Shown in pieces: positions 1 to 11,570 of a stretch of 64,000 nt of DNA. Each line of letters opens with the position of its first letter. Within the stretch, counting starts at the first letter, position 1. The translations under genes were made by a program, and so were the position numbers. This DNA comes from Vicugna vicugna (Eukaryota): assembly GCA_013265495.1 (NCBI GenBank), contig MU058384.1, forward strand, positions 5,824,792 through 5,888,791, written 5' to 3'. The notes beneath the pieces were generated by a model. The model was given only the letters and a program-made list of their open reading frames with translations. It did not search any database and had not been told where the DNA came from.

Positions 1-378
1 AGAGTGTCTGGAAGGTTTTGTAGAGGAGGTGATATTTCAGCTGGATCTTCAGAGATGGATGGGTTTCCCTAAGCTGTGAAGGAAAGAGGCCAGACATTCT
101 GTGAGGGGGAACAGTATGGAGAGAAGCCCAAGTCTGGGAAAGTGCAGGCATTTTTCAGAAACAGCCAGTGGTGCAGACGGGCTGGAGAATTGGCACCTGA
201 ATTCTGTTGTCCTCAGAAAGGAGACTGTTAAACATGGGGTCTCAGTGACTAAAGAACAAGTCCATGCACAGGGTTGATGTTAAAATATAAATATAGGGGT
301 GACAATGAAACACTTTAGAGTCCCTGCAATGGTGCTATATTAACTGGCTAATAATAGTGCTGAAAGCTCTGTAGGAAA

Positions 379-856
379 GTTATCAAACCAAACTTGGGTC
401 TGCTCACCCACAGGCAGTCAAGCCAATCTACCGAGACTGGACTGTGGTGAAGGGAAGTGTAGCGTTCATTGTAAGGCACCAAGCAAGGAGTCCAGGGCAG
501 CAAGTGCTCAAAACGCCCATACTCCCTGATGGGTTTCAGCAAAAAACCTGTAAAGGCCAGGAGGAAGGGGGTGGGGGTGGTGTGGGTAACAGGGTATGTG
601 ATCAGCTCATGCACAGTTTTCTGATTAGTTGATATTGAGGTAACAGGGCAGCTAACATTATCAATCCTTAAGTGCCAGGAGGTCTGGGGGCTGTGTGCTC
701 ATGGTCATCAAGTAGTTAATTTCTTCCATTTGGTGGGGGTTTAACATCTGTAAAACAACTCAGGAAATGTAGGTACTTCAGAGAGGAACTAAAGGAGAGG
801 ATATGGGGGGAGGGGGTCTGTCCTGGGATGGCCCCATAGTGTCCTGCTCGGTGACA
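379..856 (-). mobile_element. Solo LTR, ERV1-like
   Basis: Ends GTTATC...GTGACA, flanked by GAAA at 375-378 and 857-860 (probable 4-bp TSD); left end resembles the LTR at 5883; degenerate poly(A) signal on - strand. Family by recall only. Confidence 0.65.
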
Positions 857-1152
857 GAAATGCTAGTAGCATGCTGTTCAGATACTAAGCATTTATGTAA
901 ACATAAAGTTCCATATGCTAACCCTTAAATAATACTAGTTATTAATCTTTGTTGACAAACTATGGGGAGGAGAGGACTGAGGACCAAGGATTGGTATTTT
1001 GCAGTGCTGTTACCATTCATTCATTTATTCATTCACTCAACAAACATTTACTGAGTAGTGAACTTGTGCCAAATACTAGAGATATGAATACAGATATAAG
1101 GAATGCAGGGTTCTTGCCTTCAAAGTTGTTGCTGAAAGGTGACTTCTGTACT

Positions 1153-1750
1153 CTGCTTACCAAATTGAGACTCGAGTTCAGAGTTTTGGATGAAGTAGAA
1201 AAGGCAGCTTTATTTCTTTGCCAGGCAAAGGAGGTCACAGTGGGCTAATGCCTCTAAGACTGTGAGCCTCCTGGGGAGAGAAGGCAAGGGGTTTAATAGT
1301 AAAAGTTCAAGAGTTCAAGGGGCAGAGCTAGTTTCCACAGAGATTGCATACAGGGTAACAAATTATTGCACAGTTTTTCTTATTTTTGCAGATGCAGTGG
1401 TCCCTTCCCTCTACTGGGTATGAAGTTCACCTCTGGCTTTGGGACCCTCTTTATATTCTTGTACCTAGAACAAAGGATGCATGAGAAGGGGCTCTGTGGA
1501 AAAGAGCTCTAAAGAAAAACTTGTGGAGTTTAAATTCAGGCTGATAATTGATTTTAGCCTTTTAAGCAGGTTGAGGCCTAGGACCATCCTGCTGCAGGCT
1601 TCAGCCTGCAGCTGGAACAACAGGATACAAGGAAACCACCAAGGGCCAAAAACAACTCACCTCATGCAGCACCTCAAGGGGGTTGGGCAGACCACCCAAG
1701 TCTCCCTCCTCTGCAGCCTAACCCTGGTCAGCAAAAGCATGGGAAAAACC
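1153..1750 (-). mobile_element. ERV-like LTR fragment (~1153-1358) with adjacent probable internal sequence
   Basis: Minus-strand AATAAA (TTTATT near 1209-1214); LTR-like terminus GGGTAACA at 1351-1358, preceded on - strand by an A-rich tract. Edges approximate. Confidence 0.45.
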
Positions 1751-3436
1751 CTTTAAACCATCATTCAGTTAAGCCTTGACAAACACCATTACAGATATCA
1801 AATGGTCACCAATGACAATAGAGTCCTGCTTGGTTACAAAGTCTTTTAGTGGAAGAGGGGAAGATAATCAAGTAAATAAACATGCCTCCATATATCTGAA
1901 AACACACATTCTGTGCCCAGCACAAGAGAGGGTCTGGGGGTGGGGCAGCAGAAGTTGGCAGAGTAGGGTGGTCGTCATGGGAGAGGCGGCTCATGAGATG
2001 ACTCTTGAATGATGGGTTAGAATTAAAAGTATTCAGGGAGAAGGAGCAGAGAAAGGGGAGGGCACAAATGCCAAGCCATTCAGGGGCCACTGCTACAAAT
2101 TTTTCTTGAGCAAAACATAAAGTAGGGGGTCTTTTAAATGTGTGAAGCCTTCACAGTTGGTCAAGCTGTATAATGACCTGGCTGCCTGCCAAAAAAACCT
2201 GGGCGTGCACGCTTTCCAGTCTGCTGTAGGATTCAGTCTGTCTGCAAGTGTTTACTGTGTGTCCATTATGTGCATATGCTATGATAGGCATATGGGAATG
2301 AAAGCAAAGAAGGAAGCGGCCAGAAACTCAAATATTGTGAAAAATGGAGTGTTTTGCATGAGTGCCAATTAAAGTTGTGGTTTCATCTGAGTCACCGTGA
2401 GCAGCAGACAATGCAGCTATTGTGGTGGAAGCGACTGCAGCCTCAGAGCTTGTGGGGGTTGCCTGTCCTTTGTGCCTTTCGTGTGGGCCTCAGTGCTCAT
2501 TTGCATAAAGCCTCTTGGTTGTGATCACATCTTCAATAGGAACAGTTTTCCTTTATTATCTTATTAAGGAATCCTCATTGCATCAAAAGGAACACAGCTG
2601 GTCTAGCCAGACAGCAAGACCTGGAGGATGGGTGTGACCCAATAGCCTAGGGTACCACTTGCAAGTTTCCAGACAGTTTCTACTTCTGTGATGTCCACAA
2701 AAGGCTGAGAATTCCCTGTGACACTTTGGGAGAACACAGGGATGTAAAAGGAAGAGCCCTTGTGAAGCAAGGTCAGGAACAAAATGGCCAGGAATGCTAA
2801 ACTTCACCATGAACCTTAAGTACAGGCTGAACTCAGGGCTGTGTGTTTTTTGAAAAGCCTCTAATTATGATTCCTCACCCGACTCTCTCCTTTAGCACTG
2901 ACTTCTCCTCAGTCCACCCAGCTGCCCCAGACTCTGACATTTGTGTTTAGGCAAACATCTCTTTTTCCTCTTGTTTTCCATTAGATTTTTTTGGAAAAGT
3001 TACCTCTGCTTTCTGGCATTAACATCTTGCTTCTATCATCATTAACTAAAAAGTAGACACAGAAAAGAAAAAAAAGAAAAACACCAAACCCTTGGGTAAG
3101 TCCTAAGATGTCACAGTCTTACAATCTTGGATGCTTTAGGGACTAGACTTCACAATGAATTAGAATTCCAAATCCTGAATGAGCAACTTGAGAACTGCAA
3201 TGGAATTTCAGCAGTAATAAGCAGCCATTGTGACGTGAGTGGGGAAGCTAGTTAGGGGCACTAGCCTTTAAAGTGTATAATGGGGAAGCTACACCTTTCA
3301 AATAAAATTCAGAAAATGAAGATCTTAACTTAATTCTGTAGCGTATAGCCTATGTTGGCACCCTCCTTTCTCCCTTGCGGGAATAAGGTTACAGAATATC
3401 CTCTGCAATTTTTTAAGCTTTTGAAGACAACTTGCC

Positions 3437-3454
3437 TAGATGGATGGATGGATG

Positions 3455-3510
<56 letters not shown>
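3437..3510. repeat. Compound (GATG)n(GATA)n microsatellite
   Basis: Read directly. Confidence 0.97.
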
Positions 3511-3512
<2 letters not shown>

Positions 3513-4708
3513 GCTGTGATATATAATTTTTTAATTTGTAATATTATAAAAAGAAATTTTTTATCAATTCATATGGAAACAATTTTGTTATATCTCTAAA
3601 GAACTATACTCAGTGCTAGCTGCTGGGTCTCAAGAGGGATATTGACAAACCAGGGTGGTTTCCAGACCCTTTGCACACATCCTGGTCTGTCAGTGTCCTG
3701 TGAACACTGACTAAAAGGAATAAGCATATGAAGCTAAGTCCAGAAAGCAGAAGAAAAAGCTGAGTCTCTTTTCTGTCTGGAGATAGTTCCCCCAGACCAC
3801 AAGCAGCTGGCTTTGGGACTTGCTTCACCCCTTACCCCTTCTCCTCCTTAACCCACTGCCTCAGACTCTCTAAAGTAGGATAATAGAGCATCAAAGGAAG
3901 GAACTCTTGTATCTCAAGGGGTCTTCTTTTTGTAGGGAAGCACTGTTTCCCATCTAACAAAAGGGGGAAACTAAGAAAGGGAAGGAGAAGGACAAGGTGC
4001 AAAGACCGTCTTATGCTTCTTATGCAGCTTTGGCACCTCTTCCCCCATGTCCTTGACTCCTTATCCCCATGCTGCCCTCTGTCCCTCTAAATCTGCTTCT
4101 GGGGTGCCTCATTCAGCCTGCCTCCACAATCACTTATTTCTCCAATCCAAATATTGGAGACCAATTGCCAAAGCACACCCTAATCAACACATCAAACAGA
4201 TAAAATGAACAATGACAAGAAGAGCTACAAAACAATATTCTATCCAAATGTGAAAATTTGACCCAGTTCTCCTTGTGGTAGAAGCATTTGTTGTTGAGGA
4301 TTTTAAGATCACCTGGGGAAAAAAGAAAATGTGAAAATTGAGGGTGTGAGAGTACTTTAAAAGTCATTTTGCAAGTGAAAATTAAAATAGTGTATAATAA
4401 GTAATAGAAAATAGGAATATCACCAGAATGTTCAGTTTCCTGGCAGGCAAGAACCACATGTTTTGTTTCATTGTGATACATGTATAGCGAGATATACAGA
4501 GATATCTCCTAGTACCTAGGAAAATGCCTGCTGTGTAATGGTGTTAAATATTTGTTTTGTGATTAGCTGCATAAATTGCTGATTTAATTTCAGTTTAATG
4601 GCTTGTGTTCACAGTGCTTAAACATCAGCTTTATTTTGTTGTGGATTATTGCATTTTTATTTGCTCCTCCATCTAAATATTCAGTGCTTTAGAATTTTTC
4701 TCTTTCTT

Positions 4709-4788
4709 TTCCTTCCTTCCTTCCTTCCTTCCTTCCTTCCTTCCTTCCTTCCTTCCTTCCTTCCTTCCTTCCTTCCTTCCTTCCCTCC
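4709..4788. repeat. (TTCC)n microsatellite, probably grown from the tail of the adjacent L1 fragment
   Basis: Read directly; abuts an L1 3' end. Confidence 0.95.
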
Positions 4789-4791
4789 TAT

Positions 4792-4887
4792 CTTCTTTTC
4801 TTTCTATTGAGTTACAGTTGATTAACCAATGTTGTGTTAATATCTGGTGTACAGCATAGTGATTCAGTTACATATGTATATGTATGT
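4792..4887 (-). mobile_element. L1 3'-terminal fragment
   Basis: CAATGTTGTGTTA..TCTGGTGTACAGCATAGTGATTCAGTTA is the reverse complement of the L1 3' end at ~24855-24900. Confidence 0.8.
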
Positions 4888-4964
4888 GGGCTCTGACCCA
4901 CTTCCTTACCATTCACTGCCAACTCATGAGCAAGTCTCATCATTTTAACCCCCAAATTAACACA

Positions 4965-5128
4965 TTTTTGGGTTTGTTTTAATTTGTTTTGGGGGGTAAG
5001 GGGTATAATTGGGTTAATTAATTAATTATTTATTTATTTTTTTATTATTTTAATGGAGGTACTAAGGATTGAACCCAGGACCTCATGCATGCCAAGCACA
5101 CACTCTACCACTGAGCTATACCCTCCCC
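4965..5128 (-). mobile_element. tRNA-derived SINE (vic-1-like, camelid)
   Basis: Minus strand reads GGGGAGGGTATAGCTCAGTGGTAGAG...GGTCCTGGGTTCAATCC (Pol III A and B boxes) followed by an AT-rich tail. Confidence 0.88.
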
Positions 5129-5882
5129 ACCAATTAAATCTTGACTCTGTCTGCTCGTCACCAGTTCCACTCCTTACATCCAACTCTAATCTAGCTCCAT
5201 CTCTTGTCAAGACTAAGGTGACACACTACTCCATTCTACCAGTCTTGCCCCTCAAAGAACTAGTCTCTCCCCAGCAGCAAGAAACTCAGTGTTTTCCCTC
5301 TTACTGGCCAGTGGGCATTGACCCCACTGTACTGTGAATGCAATAAAAAGTTGTCACTGTGACTGGCCAGGCCAGGTCCTGCATGGAGTGTCCCCTCTGT
5401 GCCTACCCATGTACCCTGATGCCCTCTCCCACCTCCCTCTCCATGCTCCTGCTGTGCCCCACACGCGGCTTGGCACCTGACAGCTCCTGAAACACGGGGA
5501 GAGCTTCCCTGAGCTCAGGCCCTGGAAACTACTGCATCCTCTGCCCATGATACTCTTCCCCCTACTTTTTATTTCTTTTAGCTTCTGTTTTGACAAGTTA
5601 CAAATATGCAACAAGCACTTGGGTACCTACCACTGAAAATTGATGACTGTTACCATTTTGCCATTTTCCTTCAGATTTTAACCCAGAAAGACTGGAACAA
5701 TATGAAGTCCCTTTTGTTTTTCCCCATGTTCCATGCCCCTTCCTCCTCACTCAGAATGAGTCATGGGTATTGACTGGTCCCGGCTCTGAACCCACTCCTC
5801 CCTCCTTTCTGACATAGCCCAGCCTCCCCCAACACTCTCACATGTTTCAGCAAAAGTCAATGGTAGCCTGATTGGGGCCAAG

Positions 5883-6399
5883 TGTTACCGAGTCCAAACT
5901 CATTCGGCTTGCCTCAGCACAAGCCAAGAAATCAGGAGACGAAGGGTTGAGGCAAGGAATAACGACTTTATATGGAAAGCCAGCAGACCGAGAAGACAGG
6001 GGACTAACATCTTGGAGAACCATCTTACCCAAGTCAGAATTCAAGCTCCTTTTATACTAAAAAGGGGAAGGGTGTGGTTGGTTGTTGCAAACTTCCTGGT
6101 GTCGGAATCCTGTTTTTGCAGCTGTCCACCTAGGTCAGGTCATGATGTTCCTGTAAATCTCCAACAAGACAAATGTTATTGTCTGTTCTGCAAATTTTTA
6201 TCTCTGTATGAATGGGAGAGTATTATACCCTTAAAGGCCAGAGCCTTGAGAATGGGCTCTCCTGCATATTTCAGGCTATAGGCAACATTCTTTTACCAGA
6301 GGTGCAGAACCAGCATGACTAAGCACAGGAAACAGAGCACAAGGTTAGAGCCAAAAGAACAGATCTCATGTGGTGTCAGATTTGTTCTTCCCGGTGTCA
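5883..6399 (-). mobile_element. Intact solo LTR (517 bp), ERV1-like
   Basis: TG...CA termini; perfect 4-bp TSD CAAG at 5879-5882 and 6400-6403; TATAAAA on - strand near 6050-6056. Confidence 0.85.
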
Positions 6400-6887
6400 C
6401 AAGGAGACAAGAGGGCAGGTTTCCGGGAGACTATGCTTCATTTTCCCCCAGGTTACACAGTGTGGACTGTAGCCCTTGTGGAGGCTCCTCCCTGCTATCC
6501 TGCCCTCAACTGTTTGCCTTGGAGAGCGGGACCCAAGAAACCAGGCTGGCTGAGTTTCTGATCCAGCGCCAAGGCAGGAACAAAACTGTGTTCTTGTTTG
6601 TTGAGTTCTCATCATCTGTCATCTGCTTATCTTGCATATCTGTCTGCTCAAAACTAAAACCAACAGCAAATCACAAATGGAAGGAAATAACTCTCTAAAT
6701 GTCTCCATCCCTTTGTCTCCCAAGAATGAAAGAAAAAGGATTTTCCTTCTTTATGTAATCGTGCTTTGATTAGTGTATTATATGACTGTAAGTGTTTATA
6801 CTCAGCACTAGGAAAATTGTAGTTACACAAGGTTAAGTCTGCATCCAACCAATTCAGAACTGACCCATTTCTCCTCTCTGCTCCTAG

Positions 6888-8228
6888 GTTGCGGGGTGTT
6901 TACTCTCCTGTCCTCTGTCACGGCTGCTGTCAGCGGTTTCCTGGTGGGGTATGAACTCGGGCTCATCTCTGGGGCTCTCCTTCAGATAAGAACCCTCTTA
7001 GCCCTGACCTGCCACGAGCAGGAGATGGTTGTGAGCTCCCTCCTCGTTGGGGCTTTACTGGCCTCTCTCGTCGGAGGGGTCCTGATTGACAGGTACGGAA
7101 GGAGGGCCGCCATCATCTTGTCGTCCTGCCTGCTTGGACTTGGAAGCCTAGTCTTGATCCTCAGCTTATCTTACACAACTCTGATAGCGGGACGCATCGC
7201 TATAGGGGTTTCCATTTCACTCTCTTCCATCGCCACTTGTGTGTACATCGCGGAAATTGCTCCCCAACACCGAAGAGGCCTTCTTGTGTCACTGAATGAA
7301 CTGATGATCGTCATTGGCATTCTTTTTGCCTACATTTCAAATTACGCTTTTGCCAATGTTTCCCACGGCTGGAAGTACATGTTCGGCCTTGTCATTCCTT
7401 TGGGAGTTCTGCAAGCGATTGCCATGTACTTTCTTCCTCCGAGTCCTCGGTTTCTGGTGATGAAGGGACACGAGGAAGCTGCTAGCAAGGTTCTCGGAAA
7501 GTTGAGAGCCATCTCCGATACGACGGAGGAACTCACTGTGATTAAGTCTTCCCTGAAAGATGAATATCAGTATAGTTTTTGGGATCTGTTTCGTTCCAAG
7601 GACAACATGAGGGCTCGGGTAATGATAGGCTTAACATTGGTATTTTTTGTGCAAGTCACTGGGCAGCCAAACATACTGTTCTATGCATCAACTCTTTTGA
7701 AGTCTGTTGGCTTCCAGAGCAATGAGGCAGCTAGCCTCGCCTCCACGGGTGTTGGGGTTGTCAAGGTCATCAGCACCATCCCGGCCACCCTTCTTGTAGA
7801 CCACGTTGGGAGCAAAACCTTCCTCTGTGTCGGCTCCTCCGTGATGGCAGTTTCACTGGTGACCATGGGCACTGTGAATCTCAAAATCCACATGAACTTC
7901 ACCAATATCTGCAGACACCATAGTCCTATCAACCAGTCCTTGGATGAGTCTGTGTTTTATGGACCAGGTAACCTGTCAGCCAGCAACGACAGTCTTAGAG
8001 AATCCTTTAAGGGGATGACTTCCCGCGGCAGAAGCTCACTGATGCCCACAAGAAATGACATGGATAAGAGAGGAGAGACGACCTTGGCATCCTCACCAAA
8101 TGCTGGACTAAGCCGAACTGAGTACCAGATGGTCACAGACGCTGCCGATGTCCCAGCTTTTTTGAAGTGGCTGTCCTTAGCCAGCTTGCTTGTTTATGTT
8201 GCTGCATTTTCAATTGGGCTAGGACCAA
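6888..8228 (+). CDS. SLC2A12: GLUT12 facilitated hexose transporter, exon 2 (1341 bp, phase 1-1; roughly TM1-TM10)
   Basis: Pyrimidine tract + AG at 6886-6887, GTAAGT at 8229. Translation has sugar-porter motifs [31 protein letters not shown] and the long exofacial loop of class III GLUTs with NFT/NQS/NLS/NDS sequons; recognisably GLUT12. Confidence 0.98.
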
Positions 8229-8661
8229 GTAAGTATTTAATTTTTCATTCCTTCCTTCTCTGCCCTTATGAATGTCGTGTATTACTTTTGACCAATCAAA
8301 GCATCCTCCTGCCATTATAGTACTTCATACATAGAACTACCAGAAGCAAGATGGGGATAATATTGGCCACCTGATGTTTCTGTTGATGAGGAAAGTACAT
8401 TTGGCTTATCTCTGCTTTGGGAAATGTGCAGGGCTAGTACTCAAGCAAGGATTAGTTTCTCATTATCTGTCACATGAGGATACTTTAATACCAATTGATT
8501 GGGAGTGAATCAGACTCTGAAAGATACTTATTGCCCAAGAGAATATATTGTTTTATGAAAGCAAAGTTTGCTGGGACAACATTTCCCTCCATATCATTCT
8601 GAGTTTTTTCATAAGTGGAAGAAAAAAAAAGTGTTTAGATTTCCTTAAAGACACAATAGTG

Positions 8662-8788
8662 GAGGGGAGGGGATAGCACAAGTGGTAGAGGGTGTGTTTA
8701 GCATGCACAAGGTCCTGGGTTCAATCCCCAGTACCTCCTCTAAAAAATTAAATAAATCAATGTATTTAATTACCTCCCCCCTTAAAAA
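8662..8788 (+). mobile_element. tRNA-derived SINE (vic-1-like) with perfect 15-bp TSD
   Basis: A and B boxes, A-rich tail; TSD AAAGACACAATAGTG at 8647-8661 and 8789-8803; TT/AAAG L1-endonuclease-type site. Confidence 0.93.
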
Positions 8789-10176
8789 AAAGACACAATA
8801 GTGAATGCATGATACATTCCAGTAATAATGAAGAAGAAAGGAATTTAAAAGAAATTATTACAGGTAAGAAGATGCATTATTTCTTTAAGTACACTTGATC
8901 ACTAGAGTAACCCCTCAGGATACTTTGCCTATTAAACAGGAGAAGGGGAGTCAAGGAGTACCCGTGGAACACAGTACAAACGGTTTATAGGGAGGTAGCT
9001 CCAAGGTGGTTTTATTTGATATAGTCAGTCTGTTCCAAAGACAAAGTTAAAACACTTCTCTTGAGCAAACTCTCTAGAATTTGCTAGAATAGTTTGTGTG
9101 TTGCAGTTCTTTCATTTTTCACCTCACATGCAGAGTCTAATCCTCTCTGTAGGGAAGTTGTGAGGTTTTTTACATCTCTCTAGAAAATGATGTGCTTAAA
9201 AATCAAGGGTGGTTTCCCTCTACCACCCTTAACTCCCACCATCACCTCTCATTCCTCTCCCTCCCCTTCCTTCCTCCTCACTTTCCTCTCTTACAGAGTT
9301 GATATTGTAACTTTTGTTTACAGTGATCAAGGAGCAGACAAATTTGCTCAAATGAAGGGACATGTTGGATGTTCAGAAACAGTAAGAAAACATAGGCTGT
9401 GTGGAAGGAGAAGGAATCGCATGGCCATAGGTTTCTGGTGCTGGCACCGGACTGTGCTTCTGGAAGGGCTTGCTGTAGTGATCCACTGTTAACTGTTCAT
9501 TCAGATGATATGTACTGAGTGACTAATTTTTTTAATAACCGGGATCTATGCTCAGTGCTAGGGAAACAGTAATGAACAAGACAGGTATTGTCCCTGTCTT
9601 CAAGATGATTACAATCGAATGGTTGAATGGATTGAGCTGTGCCCCCAGGGTCTGCTTCTTTCTGGCCAGGAGCAGCAGGTTGGGCCTGCTTAATCTCAGT
9701 TAATTAGTAACTGGATTTGCACGTGGCCAATACAGCCTCTCCTCCAACTCCGTTTCCTCGTCTCTCAGTTTCTACTCCCATTTCTAAGTGAGATCAGTCT
9801 CTAGATATTGATTCACTCAAATTCCCGACAGGGAATCTGATCGACTCTGATCTTTGCTGTGCCAAGTCATAAACGATTGTTCTCATCCAATCAGCTGTGG
9901 AAAGATTGGACCACATGATCTAAAACACGGATGACCAGAGACTGTCCCTTCCTTTGGCACCATGAGTAGACAGATTTCCCCGTAAAACTCTGCAGGGGCA
10001 GACAGAGCAAACACTACAATGCCATCAGCCTCTGATCTCTCTGGCTTGTTCCTGGACCTTGAGCTTGCTTTTTAAGACTGAAAATGATAAACATCATTAG
10101 TGAGCAGGTTCCTGGAAACAGGTTTCTACCATTATGTCAAGGTTCAGCTATCTTGGGGGTGGACCTGTGAGATATT

Positions 10177-10520
10177 TGTCTTAACCAGTTTGAGTTGCTA
10201 TGGCTTAGCCAACAAACATTTATTTTTCACAGTATGGAGGCTGGAAAGTTCAAAATCAAGGTGCCAGGAGATTCAGTTCTTGGTGGGGCCCTCTTTGGTT
10301 TGTAGATGGCAGATTGTTTGCTCTCTGGAGGGGAGAGTGAGAGAGAGCAAGCAAACTAGGTCTTTTGTGTCTCTTCTCATCAGGTCACTACCCCATCATG
10401 GAAGCATCACTCTCATGATCTAATTACCTCCCAAAGGCCCCATCTCTAAATATCACCACACTGAGGATTAGGGTTTTAACATACGACTTTTGAGGAGCCA
10501 TAAACATTCAGTCAATAACA
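10177..10520 (-). mobile_element. MaLR (MLT1-type) solo LTR
   Basis: Hallmark strings ATTTATTTTTCACAGT..GGAGGCTGGAAAGTTCAAAATCAAGGTGCCAG and TAATTACCTCCCAAAGGCCC...AACATTCAGTCAATAACA. Confidence 0.8.
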
Positions 10521-11466
10521 ATACATGCATAGCTCCTCTGATAGCATAAATCTAATGAAATTTGAGTAAGCACATTTTTTTACATTGTTATTTTCAGAAA
10601 CTCTAAAGTCTATTAGAAGGGCAAGATACGAATGCCAGCTTGTACCAAGGAACAACTTAACCTTGTCTGTGACCCTTTCTGTATCAGTAAGTACAATAAG
10701 CTCTGCTCCTGTGATAAACTTCAGGTGGTATTTACTGTTCCACTGAGTTACCTGGCCAGCATCTTCCCTACCCCCTACCCCCCACATCTGTTCACCCTAG
10801 AACTAAATGTATTTCCTTTCTGCAACCATTTTCTTGATCTAATCTTTTGAAACATCAAGAACCAACAAAGAATCTAAGAAAAGGATGCTCTTTTTGTTTT
10901 CATTCAGAGAACCTCTCAGGTTGGCAGAGGTCAGAACATGGCACACATTATATTATGAGAGACACTGAACTTAAACTTCCAGAACCAACCTCTTCATGGT
11001 AAGAGTCCTCCCAAGCTCACCCTACTCTTCTTCTCTTCTGTTTTCTGGGTAACTTTGAAAAGTGCAGTAAATTCTCAGTCACTCACATATCATTTGATAC
11101 ATTATTGTATTAGAGCAAGAGTTCCCCTTTTCAGGAAACTCAGTCTGATTTTGGAAGAAAATGATGGGAGGCTGTTTGTTATCTACCTTTTAGAATTCCT
11201 CATATAGTGTTCTCCACTAGTTTTTTAAAAAAATATAATTTAAGTTTTAGAATCAACTAATATTTATTGATACCTCTTATGTCAAACACTGTGCTAGGAA
11301 CTTTTTACATATTTTGGAGTACTTCATTTTATCTTCACGACAAGCTTGGGAAGAAAGAATTCACCAGATTTTATAAACAAAGACACTGTATCTCAGAGAA
11401 GTTAAGGGACTTACTCAAATAAATGAAAACATCTCTTGTCTTCTGAAATGTCCAAGACAGGAATAG

Positions 11467-11570
11467 GCAGAACTGTGTTGGTGTTGAGAGTAACTGATAA
11501 TTGTTAGTTCAGTCCTCTGCAGAACTGTGTTGGTGTTGAGAGTAACTGATAATTGTTAGTTCAGTCCTCT
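11467..11570. repeat. Perfect 52-bp tandem duplication (2 copies)
   Basis: 11467-11518 is identical to 11519-11570. Confidence 0.97.

Noticed and set aside
5055..5128. tRNA gene (also 8664-8738 and the copies at 26.6-27.7 kb)
   Set aside because: A/B boxes come with AT-rich tails, often TSDs, and divergent stems; these are SINEs.
6896..8320. 474-aa ORF as a complete single-exon gene
   Set aside because: Its start is an internal GTG (Val) just after a splice acceptor, and the last ~30 codons are read-through past the GTAAGT donor at 8229.
11467..11570. CRISPR-like array (also 47082-47217)
   Set aside because: Two abutting copies with no spacers, no cas genes, eukaryotic intron.
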